DNA from: the human T2T-CHM13v2.0 reference genome, Homo sapiens
Length of the DNA: 64,000 nt
Assembly: GCF_009914755.1 (NCBI RefSeq)
Contig: NC_060931.1
Strand: one strand, 5' to 3'
Below the pieces are notes generated by a model. That model had not been told where the DNA came from and ran no database searches. It saw only the letters and a program-made list of their open reading frames with translations. A program made the translations under genes and the position numbers. Below, one piece after another: positions 1-15,814 of the stretch. Position 1 is the stretch's first letter. Each line of letters starts with the position of its first letter.

Positions 1-329
1 AGAATTATGTTAATAGAATCCTCCTGATGCATTTTCATTATTTTGCAAGATCTTCAAATATTTCATACATAGACTACAGGAACAGAAATATTTTAAAGGA
101 TTAGCAGCTCCTAACAATTAATGTTTAATCAGAAATCAAATGAAACCTTTTTAAAAGATACTGTGGTGGTGGAGAAAGTATGATTTGATGATTAGAACAT
201 TGCCATAATGGAATATCCTTTCTCATTCAGTCAAAGATATTCTTCAACACGGTCTGGGCAACTGACTCACTGCCATGTTTAGAGAGGATTTCTGTATTGG
301 ATGGGAGAATGGATCAGTAAATGGCTGAC

Positions 330-482
330 TTCATAGGAGAATCTCTTTAACAACAACAACAACAAATTTCTGGGCCTATACCCAGGACTACTAAATCAGA
401 ATCTGGAAGCTGGGTTTGGGAATAGGATATTTAAAAATCTTGCCAGGTATTTGGGATGAAGGGCCTGGTTTGAAATCTACTG
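330..482. mobile_element. MER5-like hAT-Charlie DNA transposon relic
   Basis: tttctgggcctatacccaggactactaaatcagaatctgg...ccaggt...ggtttgaaatctactg resembles the MER5 core and end. Confidence 0.55.
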
Positions 483-3400
483 TAATACACGACCTTGTAT
501 GACCTATCCCAATGTAAGATTCTGGGCTTATATGTAACTTTTTAGAATTATTATTCCCGTTGTGGGGTGTCGTCTGTACTATTAATGATGGCATAACTAT
601 TTTAATGAATAAGCGGGATACTACAGGTAATGGAGTAGGGAATTGGGGGCTAGAAGTATTGGGCAGCAGAGAATTAAAGTATTTGAAAATATTGTCATGG
701 ACTTTTAATTGTAGCAGTAGTTTGAATGCCAGCTGCAACTTTTACATGTTAAATATAATTTATCTAGGGAAGATCTAAGAAATGTCAACAGGACTTTTAA
801 TAAATTGCTAATGCAGTCTCCATCTATTATATTGTCAAAATGACCTGTATTTTAAGGCCCAGGTGATAAATTCCTTTAATAATTCAGAGCTAGGGAAAAT
901 TCTGTCTCCCTTGACAATCTGTAAAGAATCCATTGTACTTCTATTTTTTGCTTTGGTCACCAGAATCTCAGAGCTAATTTTCTTCTCAGTTGAAGGAGCT
1001 TGCCACAGCTTTGATTTTCTAGCATAATTTTTCTCTCCCTCTTCCTTCTACCCCCTTCCTATTCACTACCTGGATTTGCCCTTCTTTTACAATTTCTATT
1101 TTTTTCTTTTGTTTTATGTGTATGAACTGTCCATAATCTTTTTTTTTTAAAGTATACAAACTAATTAGACTCACATTTGTTTAACATTGGGGGAAGCAGG
1201 GAGGTTTCTGTTTTGTTTTTTAATGGGGAGGTAAGACGTAAAGGGCTCAAATGGGTTTTTGTTTCCCAGTTGGTCAAAATTCTTAGAGGCAATTACTCTC
1301 CAATCTGCAGATAGAGGACAGACACAGGATTAAGACCAGGGGATTTGGGGGCTGGTGGAGACAATGAGTTCAGCATTAGTGGCACCTCATAGACTAAAGC
1401 TCCTACTTATTAACTACCTAGATGGCACCTGGTGCATAGCCAGGGCTGTTCTACTTGAGGAAGCAGCTACCAAACATTAATGTTTCAATTCTATTTTGTT
1501 TGTTGATTTGAAAGAAAAAATGTCACTTAGAATACATTTCTGAAACATTCTCCTAATGCCTTCTCATCACAAACTCCACAAATTAGTACTAGATATATAA
1601 GACTATGATGACTCTCTTCACGTCCTTAATGGATTCCAGAGTGGCAATCCATTTATTCTTATGAAAAGTTCAAATTCCTTAACCTGGTACAGCCTACAGG
1701 ATAGAGATTGTGACCTGATTCAAGTGGAACTCTTCAAAGATATGACACCCAGAGAAGACGTTTAATGGGGTTACACAGGAAGTGTCAATGACATCTATGT
1801 TTTTACCCATTGGGAGGTCTGTTTCTTCTCATATTGCAGTTAAGAAATTGCTTGTGTACTCAAAGTTACAGCGCTGTAGAGCTTTGCCAGGTTATACAGT
1901 CCTCAGATCAGAGAGCAGAAAAAAAGGAAGCTATACAGCACACATTAAAAACAAAAAATGAAAGTTTCATCATTAATAACTTGAGCTGGCAAACTGGGAA
2001 TTTTATACCTTTCATCATCCCCTGCTTGTATTTATGCTCATTTTATTATATGCGGTTGATATATTTGTAGTGTTTCTATTCATCTGTGTGTTTTATACCT
2101 AAGACAAGAGTCACATATAGTAAGTGCTTAATAAATATTTGCTGAACGCACAAACACATTTATTTCACATCTTCTCAACTGGATTATTAGTTAGCACCTT
2201 CTATTTCTTTCCACTTATTCCTTTATAGTGGTAAGCGCACAGGTACCAATGCTGTGCATTAAGGATTAATAAAAATAAGCTATCACTTTGTTTTCATTGG
2301 AAATAACAAGTACGCGAAAAATAAGGGCACCTGCCTGTGACGTTTGTGCTTAAAAATGCCTATCCAGGATAGGAATGGAAAAAACAGATCGTACATCTAG
2401 CAAATAATCATGTGATGATGGGGTACACAGATTCAGAAGATATGTAATCTCTCACACAGTTATAGCATTTTTTCAGATATCTTAAGACATTCAAAATAAA
2501 TTTCACCGAGAAATTACTTGATGAAAAGGATTTAAAAGGCAGGCAAAACTGATTCATTAAACTGGATATGGGATGGATTGCAGGTTGAAGCAGTACAGTA
2601 ATAGGAAATTGAAAGGGAAATGTCTCATCCAAGAAGCAAAATGTAAAGGTAGTATTCAGATCTTTGGTGGTAATTCTAGTGCTCTAGTGATTTAGGACAT
2701 GAGGAAGAAGCCTCTGCAATATTCCTTCTATTTCTCAACACAATAAATGCAGTGAGAAAAAAAAGGAGCAAACAGAATTTGAGCAACCAAATATATTATT
2801 TGATCAAAAGTATTGATTTTTTAAAATTAGAGGTACAAATAATTTATGTGCATAAGGTATTTCTATTTTTTAAAATGCCCTCTGTCAAAATTTACAAAAA
2901 TTTGAAAAACACGTTAGCAAGTGCACTGGTCTCAGGATTAAACTACACTCCACTTAATACTGATCTTTATCAGCATTGATTTTTCAAGGGGTATTTTAGA
3001 AGAAGGCTGAATAACATTTCAAACAACTCTTTTAGTTCTTCCTGGAATCCTACTATTCTGTTTTATTTTGTGCAATAGTATTGTGTATTTGACTTCCTTA
3101 AAGTGATTTTAAAAAGAAGGATAGTCCTGCACTTTAATAAGCCCAACATCTTTGTAAAATTTAGACTTTACTCGCAGAATTAAGTAAAAAGAACCACCCC
3201 AACTTTGAATTAATTTTCTGTTGCTATTACCTCTCTTTGAACATTCAACTTTGCTTAGCATTTTTAAATGGTGTGTGTAAATTGGTGTAATTTCAAAATG
3301 ATACTTGGGTTATTTCCATTTCTTATGAAATAATGAAAAAAACTAACCTCATGCCATTTACTTTATTTTCTTCACAACAAAAGGCTAGCTTTCTGTAACA

Positions 3401-5534
3401 CCATTGTCTCCTTATTCTCAGTTACAGCAGTCTACAGGCAAAACAGAAAAAACTGCTTCTAGAGCACAAAGCATCTTGGCACTGTTATCCAACAATGACC
3501 CTTCTATCACTCTCCAGTCTTTAAAAAATTTTTATTTCCTCAAATACCCAACTGAGGTGATTTTTTAAAAATCGGAGTGCCTAGGTTTAGGGTTTCTGAA
3601 AACCTTTTGTTCTAGGAGAAACAACATGAGCTGCCAAATAAAACAGTCAGCACTCATTCCTTGCTCCGGATGACATGACCTGTGTTCAGGGAAACACTGC
3701 TCTGCCGCTTAGAGAGCCTCTTGCTTCTAAGAGAGCCGATTCCCGAGTTGGCATTTTTGCACTCTCTTGCCACCACCATCTCAGGAACACCAGGAGAGAA
3801 TAGTATCCTAGTGGTACCATGCATTTTTACTTACAGAGGTTTCCTACCTTCCCCCAAGAGACCAACCCAACTAAACCCATTATGCCTCACATGCCTGCCA
3901 CTCACCACAAGAAATGAGCCCTCCCCAGCTCCAGGTCATTCATCATCACCCGGACCCACAGCACTATCTACCCGCATAACACGATTCAGTTTTTCATTCC
4001 TTTACATCCTCTAGCCCTTCTACCGCTGCGCCCACTGGAACACATGATCTCTCATCTTCAGTCTCTTCTGGGAAAGTTTCCTTCACATCTTGGGCTCCAG
4101 TGGGCTGGTCGTTCCAAAATCACATCTTTCTCACAGTCATTTAAGGCTTTCCTGATGTCTCCAATCCTCACTTGCAATTCTTTCATGTGGTTCATCTTTC
4201 AAGAAGATCTCTTGTACCTCCTTTTCAGTATGATTTTTCTTAATATATTTGCTCTGACATGATTATTCCATTCCCTTCCTTAGAGCTCTTTGTGTTTTAC
4301 CATTAAATTTTGTTATTGAACCATGTAAGTCTTACATTATCTGGGCTGTGCAGAAGAGTTCTATATGTTAAATGCAATTAAAAGCTTCCTTGATGTCTGG
4401 GACTGTGATTTCTCTATATGACCATTAGTGTGCTAGTTATATACAAAAATCAATAAATAAGTAATTAAATAAGTATTTATACATATATACACAAATAAGT
4501 ACTGACTCAATTAAGACCTATGTAGCATTCACAATCTATTCATTCTCATCTATCTGCTAAGAAGTTTTTAAAAGTGCTTTATGTGAGTTATCACAGTGTT
4601 TTAGATTTTTTATTTTATAAATGATCAAACAGCAAAGAGCAAATCAGTTTCTTCATACTGTAAAAATCACAAATTTAAAAATCATGTTATTTTCTTTTCA
4701 AGTATGGTTTTTTACTCCTAAAAAACCTCTATTTTTTCTTTCCTTTCCAGATGTATATAATACGTAACAAAATCACAAATGTGTTTTCAAGAACTTAAGA
4801 AAAAATTTATAGGCTATTAAAATGGTTCCTAATTCCTGGATACATTCCAATATCCAAAATTATTTTCAAATAAAGGTCTAAAGAAATGAGAAAAATTCTG
4901 ATTCTTCACTTTTATTAGTGACTACTCTGGAATCAATTTAATAAAATATTTTCTGTTCTTTTTTAAACTTTACTTCCTTGAAATACTTTAGATCAAATCA
5001 ACTTTTTTAAAAGAGTAATTTACACAATACAAGAAAATATCCAAAATAAGGGAAAGGCAAAGTCTTTCCACTTTCAAAATTTTCACTTAAAATTTGTTTT
5101 AGACTATTAACAATTTGCTTATAAATGTAACTGCACATGCTTGGAATTATTAGTAAATGAACATATTCCATATAAACAGAAAAGATCAAGTATAAAGGCA
5201 TCAAGAACAAAATTTGTAAGTGTATTAATTCTATGTAATTAATGCTTTTTAATTGAATTAATTAATAACCAACAATTACCACCTATAAGTGCCATCATAG
5301 GTAAAATATTAATCTATAAGAAAGTACAATTCTACTGCCAACTGTGACCGGTGTTATTCAGCTTAAAAAAAAAAAAAGGAATAAGAGAGGAAAATCTGGA
5401 TTAAAATGTCAGGCAATGACACTGCATAGCAAGTTCATGCCATTAACATGTTTATAAAAGTTAATGCTTATAACTCCTTTTAATTTGCCAAAAGCTATTT
5501 AAATGTCTTAAAAGACTCCTAAATAAAAATATTT

Positions 5535-5841
<307 letters not shown>

Positions 5842-6854
5842 ATTTTCTATCACTTCTAAGTGTGGTTTAATTTTATTGGATATTTCAAGGGTATTAAATA
5901 GAAAACCATCAAAAGGAAAATCATGTTTCAACTATATAAAAATATAGTAACACAGTAAAAGTATCCATTATTAAATGTATAATACCTAAAGGATTTGATT
6001 AAATTTTGACAACTTAAAATAGTTTGTTAAGCTAGAAGTTGACTCTTAATTGAATCTCTCTAGTAAGTGTTAAGAAACATGAAAAAAATAAAAGCATACA
6101 GGAAATTTAGAAAAAATTATCTGTATTTGTTGAGTAAGATAAGAAATAGGAGACAGCGTCATTTGTAACACTGCAGGAAAATTTGCTCAGTTATTGCATA
6201 AGTCACCTGGAGGATGTTGATACCTTTCTCATCAGCAATGAGAAAAGACCCTGACCTAGAGGGTGAAGAAAGAATTATCAAAGTATTTGGCTTGATACTA
6301 ACGAGTCTTTGTCTGTAAGTAATAAAAGCAAAACTAAGCCAAACTGGGAATAAATATTCATAAATTCCTCATGACACATTACATGCTGGCAGAGAAACAA
6401 TTTGGCCATTTTTCTCTTTCTTTTATTCCTATTCTTGGGGCTGCATAATTGAATCTGTAGCAAATCTGGTCCCATGTTATTTTTTGCCATTAAGTAGGAT
6501 GAAAGCCATGTGTACTGATAAAAGCACTGTATATCATTTTGAAATACATATACCACGATATATTCCTTCAGAACTAATGTGAAAGTAAACACTATTAATA
6601 CAATAAGATTTAGAATCCTTCACTTTAATCTATATCATAAAATTTCAAGCCAGGTTTTGGCATAAACCTCACTTGTCTGGTATTCTAAAGCTATGTTATT
6701 TCCTAGAGGGAAACTAACATTTTATGGCATGCATGTCAAATCAGGTTTACATAGCCCTGTGCAAAACTCACAAACATTGCTAGGCCAGAAGACCTCAGAA
6801 GTCTACCGAGGAGGTTTTCTAGGTGAACAGCCTTCCTAACTCTGCAGACCATAC

Positions 6855-6970
6855 CTTCTTTACACGAAGAGGGGCATGATGTCCAGTCACTATATGGGGT
6901 CACAATACAGTCCTTCTTACAAGGAAGCAGACAAGGCCTTACAGTTTCAGGTCGAAGGCTTTCAGGACAT
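6855..6970 (-). CDS. THSD7A: THSD7A coding exon (probably exon 9), 116 nt, phase 2-1: (K)CPESLRPETVRPCLLPCKKDCIVTPYSDWTSCPSSCKE(G)
   Basis: Not in the ORF track; read manually. Acceptor cccctttgcctttctag|ATGTCCTGAA at 6972-6971 and donor GAAG|gtatgg at 6854-6849. AA from the previous exon plus A forms Lys, so the frame is continuous. Confidence 0.95.
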
Positions 6971-7950
6971 CTAGAAAGGCAAAGGGGAATTATTAGGCTT
7001 CAATAGTAAAGCAGAAAATCAGATAATTTAATTTCTCTAGAATTTTCACTGGTAAAATTGCAAAACAAGTCACTCATCTGTATTATTTAACTTCCAGGAG
7101 TCTTTCTTTCTGCTACAGGCAAGAACTATACAACTAAATTGATTGTTTCAAACCGGACCTCAATAAAGCCTCTCAAGGAAAGATGTGCAGATTTACTAAT
7201 ACCAATAATGCTATTTAGAAACAAATATAACACTTATACCTTATCCTCTTATAATCTCTCCATTAATAAGTATTTATATTCTAATATGTTTTAAGAAAAA
7301 TTTTGTGAAAATTTAAATTATTAATTTAAGGATCTAATTCTATGATACATATTTGTATGACTAGGCCTTTTGCCTATTATAAGTTTCCAGGTTATTCTAC
7401 AATTTATTTTTACAAAATATGTATTGTATAAAATAAATTTATAGTGGAGTATGTTCTTTACACAGTACATGCTCAAAACACAATACTGTATTAAAAACTA
7501 CATATTTAATAATAATTAAGATAATAAAACTGTATAAATCAATCTGATAAGCAGTTTTTGCTTTATTCCTGCTTTTATTTAGTGCATCTATTTGTGTTTT
7601 CTTTTCCATTAGTCCCTAGTTTTAAATGATGGGATTTAATCTTTTTTATGTTTTTATAAACTACAATATCTTTTTTGAAACAAAAACAGTGAAGATAAAT
7701 AAAGATAGTAAATCAGTAAAGAAAACTAAAATACTGTATTTTTGACATAAATTATAGTAAAATTAACTACTATTTTCAAAATAACAGCAAAAATATATTA
7801 TTTATTGGGAACACAACAGAAAGATAAGGATGAAGAACACTGAAATGTCTAACTTCATATAAGCTTTCACTTCTTAAGAGATAATAGGAAGCTGATGTAT
7901 AGGTTTTAAATATACTGTCTTATTCAAAATATACTTAGTATATAATTTTT

Positions 7951-7985
7951 TACACTTGAGCTTAGCCAAAAGGCTGAGAAGTAAT
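7951..7985 (-). pseudogene. U2 snRNA 5' fragment (about nt 1-35), tailless retropseudogene
   Basis: Minus strand ATTACTTCTCAGCCTTTTGGCTAAGCTCAAGTGTA versus U2 ATCGCTTCTCGGCCTTTTGGCTAAGATCAAGTGTA (31/35). Flanked by ataattttt direct repeats at 7942-7950 and 7984-7992. Confidence 0.88.
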
Positions 7986-10900
7986 AATTTTTAAATTTCC
8001 CAATTCTTCTCTGCATTTTTACAATCTGATGCTACTATTGCTAGAGGTCAAATGCTGATAATGAGCCTTAACACTAGAAAAAGATGTAGCTTAGAAAAGT
8101 AAAATATAATAATATCATTCATATAATTAAAAGTAACAAATAACTTATTCTGATTCCTAAGCAATTCTCTTTTGAAGTCATATAAATCCCTGCCATGTAA
8201 GCTAACAGGCAATGAAAAAATAATCTAAACAACTAGTATAGTTCTTGCTAAAATAAATTGGCAGATCAGTGGGAAATAGGATTTTAAAATACTCTATATA
8301 AGAGAATTCAAATATTTTGTAGCTCAAGTTTGTCTTTTGTCAAGTAAGTTAATCAGGTTTTCAGAAGTGAACTACGAGTGAAAAAAGTCAACATCATTAA
8401 TCTATTTCCCATAATTTCTTTATAGTATTTTGCTGATACTTCATTTTTGACATATCTTGTATTATAAGTATTTATGTAAATTTTCTTCTTCATACATAGA
8501 TACTATGCTTTATTCAATTATATAGATCAATGCTCTCCTCTCTTACTTTAAAACCCCAGTGTTTATTTGGAAGTGGATTTTAAAATATTTAAGGATTCAA
8601 CATTTCAAAAATAATCTTTTTGATTTATCTTGCGCTGGAATTTCCCTAATTTCTATGACTATTCAAAGTCACGGACAACAAATAAATTTAGATTTGAATC
8701 ATAGAAGCAAATTTATTATTACATGTTAGATTATAAATCAGTAGAATTACAATTTAACCTGCATTCTTAACCAGGAAACATTATATGGCAAAACTCCACA
8801 TATAATTCAGTTAATTCTTTTGGAACTATGAAATTATTGGTCAGTAATTATTATTGTCAGCACTTTTGTTCAATAAGGCAATTTTATAACTTTAACAATG
8901 AGAGAGCATTACTCAGTTGCATGCTCCTCAGATATTAGCCCTGAATAAATCAATGAAATTTACAATGTTATCATTGACAACCTCCAAATATTCTGTTTTA
9001 GTTGAGAAATAGTCACAGCAAGATACTTGGCTGACTGTGGAGAACAAAATTACAAACAACAAAGTTGTTAAATGAACACACAAAGATAAATTATACAGCC
9101 TAAATTACATCCAATAAAATGAATTTGGACTTCCTTTGGCAAGGCAATTGGTTCAGTCAGCAGGCTTCTTTTATCCTTTGTACTGTTTGTATTTAGTGTT
9201 TGTGGTTTAAATCAAGAAATTGATTTCCCCCCAAATCTTATTCAAGGTCAAATTAAACAGATGTGATAGGAACTGAAGTTTGTTACCGGGAGGACAGATA
9301 AGATCAATAACATTGATTTTACCATTGCACAGTAATCTGTTTTATTAAGAGAAGTTTAAAACAAATTTTCAATTTGCATTTTTTGGTTCATATACCTAGT
9401 ATTAGAAAGAATTCACTGAATTTAACCTAGCATGTAGGGAGAAAGGCAATAATATTTTCTTTTGAATTCACAGTATTTGCTTGATTTTCTAGAATTTGAG
9501 AGGTAAAGTACATCCATTTGATTTAACAAGTCTATAGATGCACATAAGTCATTGAATGAAGGCTGCAAGGGTGAAGCAAATTTTTAATGAATTATTGTGG
9601 TAGTATCACATGGGGCTTCAGGATACCCTTCCCACTGATTTAATGCTGTTAATCCAGCAGGCTCTTTCACATATAGGCGTGTACATATGTACATCCATTA
9701 CTCAGGAAAAATATTTTGTAGCTTATGTAAGTGAGGAAAATGTCAAAACAGCAACATTTGAAAGGTGATTAACCGTGGGACAGGAACAGAATGAGCTCAC
9801 TGGTAGAAGCTCAGCACAATAACCCTCATCCTGCGCCACAACAGGTTGGTCCTGTGCCTGCGTAGTGAATATTTCTACCTTTGTTCTTGATCCAGCAAGA
9901 GTCAGAATCCTCCAGGACTTGGGACATCTGCTCTTGCTGTTACCACTTTTGAATTTTAATACACTGTACATTAATTTCCTGAGTTAGATTCATCACAGCT
10001 TTAGCAAAATTTCTATTAAAATATTGGTTTGAGGTTACCTATTAAACATGTGAAATAGTCTTTCAATTTATTCAAATCTCACTGGCATGTCTTCTGTGTT
10101 TCCTAATTTCAAGCAATATAAAAAAATAAATTGTGGGGCAAAATATCCCTAATGTCTGGAACCCTGGCCAGACACAAACATCTCATAATGGGATTCATAT
10201 TTGTTTCCCTGGAGTTTTTCATGCATCAGAGACATTATTTTCATTTTCTTGGAACACTAAGGAGTAGCTGAAATTCTTAAGAAAAAGACCAATTTCTAAC
10301 ATTTATTGAGTGCTTAGATTACTATTATATGTTTCATTAAATCCTTTCAACAGACTGCAAAAACTGTTGGCCAGAGTAAGTTAGGTAGCACGCTGAAGAT
10401 TACACACAATATTTAACCACTTGGCTGAGTATTTAGTAAATATGAGGCCACTTTTAAACCCATGCAAAAATCGACTCATTTATCATTTCATATCTTACAT
10501 GGCTAAGGTGATTTGAATTTTTAAAAAGTATGTTAAGTTTTGAAAAATAAAGCTTTTTCCCCTCAATTTTTTAGAGTAGATTTATTAATTTTCTCTATGA
10601 AGTGATTAGCTCAGTTATGCCATTATTTTTGTTTATACTTCTCACAAGGCACATATAATATGTCGACTCTCTGGTTCTTTGTTCTCCCCTCCAGCAAAGT
10701 GTTTGCCCTGTTATTATAGTACTCAAAAGCACCCTGAGAAAATGATAGTTTTTCTACTTATAATAACACTCATCCTATCCCAAGGCTCTCTCTTGGAAGT
10801 AAATGGTTTTTACTCTAACCATTGAAAGACGCAGTAAGTATGCTTCGGTATTTTTGATATAGTGTTTTCTAGGGGAAATGAAAGGCAGATCATACAAGGC

Positions 10901-11309
10901 TTCTACCCAATTAAACTAGATTGGGCAGCCTCCGTAGCCTACGGGTATATAGGAGGTCATGGATGACCTACACTGCCAGGACCTAGTACACTGTCATTAT
11001 TGATCAGCCAGGCTTACGGCAAGCACTTCTTTCATTGCCTCACTAGCTTAATAAAAGCAGAAAGTGCTACTATAAAACAGAGAGTAGGCACCAGATAGAA
11101 AGATTTCTACAGAATTTATGGTTCCCCAGTATAAAACTCAAAGCTGTTATAGCTTTATCAGTGGCTGACTTTCAAAACAAACAAATCTTGCTCTTGAGGA
11201 CAGGTATGACAAGCATCAAAATGTTCCATTTCATGAAGCCAGTGAAGCCTGAGCCAATCCTCTGCACAGGTGGCTACACGATTTACTGTTGTCATTCTAA
11301 AGCTCTTAC

Positions 11310-11544
11310 TTTTTGGGTCCCACTTGGCCCACATTGACTCGCACACAGATGACTTTTCTTGTCTGCATGCCGACAGAGCAGGAGGCCTCCCCATTCCAAG
11401 TCGTAGTTGTGTTGAAGGACGATACTGAGGTGTCCTCAATGCACTGGCCCCAGGGACCAGTTTGCCAGTGGTACACTGTGCAAGGATGCTCATTACAGCT
11501 TCGTACTTCTTGCAAAGCACTGCTATTTGGACAGCGAATTCCAC
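11310..11544 (-). CDS. THSD7A: THSD7A coding exon (probably exon 8), 235 nt, phase 1-2: GGIRCPNSSALQEVRSCNEHPCTVYHWQTGPWGQCIEDTSVSSFNTTTTWNGEASCSVGMQTRKVICVRVNVGQVGPK(K)
   Basis: Acceptor tgtttttag|GT at 11546-11545 and donor AAAA|gtaaga at 11309-11304. TSP1-type W..GPWGQC..CSVGMQTRKVIC. N-glycosylation sequons NSS and NTT. Confidence 0.96.
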
Positions 11545-11689
11545 CTAAAAACATGGACAATGATAGCAAATTAGATACGGTGCCAACAGGAACCTTACCA
11601 TACTCTGTTCTTTGGAATTAACATGGCTTAGAAATAAAAAGTGACTTTTCTTCCCCACATCAAGTTCATAAATACACGCAATATTTATG

Positions 11690-12150
11690 TGAGATGCTTC
11701 AAGGGATACCTACAGGGGTTAAAAATAGTTTCTGCTACACTCAAGGATCTCATAATGTAGTAGGGAAAAGTAGTAGGGGAGATAAGGATACAAATGAGTA
11801 TAATTCTAGATAGAATGAAATAATTATATTGTGCGGTATTTAGTATAACTGGGATTCAAGGAGTACAATTTCACTACTTTTTGGAGTCTGAAGAATGCCT
11901 CAGATTGAAAGAGGCACTGAGAAAAATTTTGAAGGAGTAGGATTTCAATAAGCAGAATTCTGGGAAGGGACAGAAGGAAAAGAGAATAGTATCTAAGTAG
12001 AAAAATAAATAAACAGAAGCAAAGGCATGCAGGCAGGTGTGACCTTGGCAATTAACAATATTGACATAGTCAATTGGAGTGTAGAGTTCACATCAGAAAG
12101 TAATTGGCAACAAGAATAAGAAAGTAGACTGGGCTTATGTTATAAAGAAG
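11690..12150 (-). mobile_element. L2 LINE relic
   Basis: Purine-rich degenerate L2 reverse-strand pattern. Confidence 0.4.
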
Positions 12151-12527
12151 CTATTAGTGTGAAGAGTACTATTATCATAATACTATAAATTATACTTTTA
12201 AGGTGCTTCTAACGTTTCCTGCTATTGTAGCCTGAATTCCTTTGACAGCAGACCACTGCTGGGTGAAAAGTGCATTGGCAAGGATATGCTTTGGGGGTAC
12301 CGAATTGGAACAGCATTAGCTGTGGGGTACTTCAGGAGATTCTGCGGCAGCACAGCCCCACCTCCCGGTTTTTCTTTGCAGAAACAGGCAGAAGACTGTC
12401 CACCGTGAAGCCTGCGTAAGTCCTGTGTGGTGGTCAAGTAGTGACAGATTGAAGCAGAACTCTCTTTTCAAGGTCAATAGTGGGAGAATGGGGAAGTGAT
12501 GGTATTTACTTAGAAATCAGGGTTATA

Positions 12528-12622
12528 AGTATATATATAACATATATGTATATATAACATATATGTATATAACATATATATAACATATATAACATATATA
12601 TAACATATATATGCATACATGT
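12528..12622. repeat. (TA)n/(ATATAAC)n low-complexity microsatellite
   Basis: Repeated atatataacatatat units. Confidence 0.9.
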
Positions 12623-13292
12623 AATGAATCCTGCATTCTTCAAATTTTTCTAGGGAATATGGGTACTACCTGGTTACTATAATTAAAATCATTTAGCTGT
12701 AAAAATTGAACAAGTTAAATAAAAATATTCTTCTCAATGTTTTGCATTGTAAAATATGACTTCTGAAGATAATTATTTGAGAAAAAAATGACATAATTTA
12801 TTTCCATCTGCATCTATTCTCTGCTTGTATAAGACAGGTGCAAAGACATTAATATTTGGTTGATGAAGTTCTATCAGGTCATATTGAACTTAACAAAAAT
12901 AAATACTTTCCTTTTTTTTTTTTTTTTTTTGCTCTGTAAGAATAATTAACTATATCATGAGAGTTAACAAATTGTATACCCAGTGGGAACCATTTAAAAA
13001 ATAACCTTTTCCTTTTTAAATGAAACTTGTTAGGATCTACAATACAGGTTCAAAAAATTGGTAAAGCTAAAAGTCTAACATTAATTTTTAACTTTTTGTT
13101 CAAATTCAACTATTTATATTAAAAATATGCCAGGCTTAAGTATTAAAATGTTGCCTCCCTTTAGAATTTCCTAACATAACTTTAAAATATTTTTTGAGAC
13201 AATTCCTACAGTTTATACAATATTTATACGTTAAGGCAAGAATATTAAAAAGTGAATCACTTTTATTTAACCAGAAGTCAAGCCTCTGGAAG

Positions 13293-13294
<2 letters not shown>

Positions 13295-13331
<37 letters not shown>
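13295..13331. repeat. (CA)n microsatellite
   Basis: Uninterrupted ac repeat. Confidence 0.97.
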
Positions 13332-13503
13332 ATTTTTTTAAGTGTAAAGAACTAATTTTACCTTCTCCAGTACATTAACTATCACCAGTTGCCAGTACTT
13401 GTGATTTGGTTTCCAAATGACATTTCAATAATTAGCAATTTTATGACAATTTTTGTGTATTGATAATAGATTATATAATGTTACTCAAGATTGTGTAGAA
13501 AGC

Positions 13504-15075
<1,572 letters not shown>

Positions 15076-15547
15076 AATTCCCTCTCACTTCACACTCCAT
15101 TACCCATTGTTATCTCCATTGCTATACCCACAAGATATCTTCATTACTCTGCTCATGATCTGACATCCTACATGAGGCCACCCACATGACAGAAACACTC
15201 CTCAACTGTGTCTGGCTGTGACACCCCATACTGGGCTGGCCACCTTGATGCTGGAATTCTCTCTTGACCCAGCTATGCTCTGACATCCAGTGTAGAGTCA
15301 CTCTTCTATCCTCTCATACAACCCATGTGCCCCCTGTCCTTCACCCTGCTCACTGGCTCTGAAAATGCATGCCAGGCCACCTCTTTTCCCACTTTGGTTG
15401 CTCCTCACCCAGTTGGGCTCTGACAACCCACTCTAGATCACCAACAGACCTCCTATCTGCTGGCACAGATGCCCAGCTGCTTGGCTTTACCAAATGGCTT
15501 TTTGGATAGAATTGTTCAGGAAAGGAGAAAAAGAGCCTAGCAATAAA

Positions 15548-15612
15548 AGGAAGTGAAAGAAAGGAAAAGGAAAAGCAAAAGGAAAAGCAAAAGGAAAAGA
15601 AAGAAAAGAAGT
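15548..15612. repeat. Purine-rich (AAAAG/GAAAA)n low-complexity repeat
   Basis: aaggaaaaggaaaagcaaaaggaaaagcaaaaggaaaagaaagaaaagaa. Confidence 0.85.
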
Positions 15613-15814
15613 GCAGTATGAGGAAGAGAAAGTGCCATTCTATCATTCTGTCATTCATTTAAGAGGAACAAAAATAATTAATCCTAACATTTTCACAATG
15701 TTAGGAGCCCTGTTTTATCTACTGGATTGGGGCCATCGATAGATAGATACATACATACATATATACACACTGATACACAATAAGAACACTGAGTAAATCA
15801 GGGGTAAGAGTACT

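Noticed and set aside
1414-1432. cctagatggcac CTCF-like motif (similar near 18726)
   Set aside because: Lacks the leading CC of the core consensus; not supportable without ChIP data.
9723-9971. Cys-containing minus-strand ORF between two THSD7A exons
   Set aside because: No TSP1 motif, and the flanking exons already join in frame to give the recognised THSD7A sequence.
11158-11621. Overlapping 128-aa (-) and 102-aa (+) ORFs
   Set aside because: Alternative frames and antisense shadow of the real exon.
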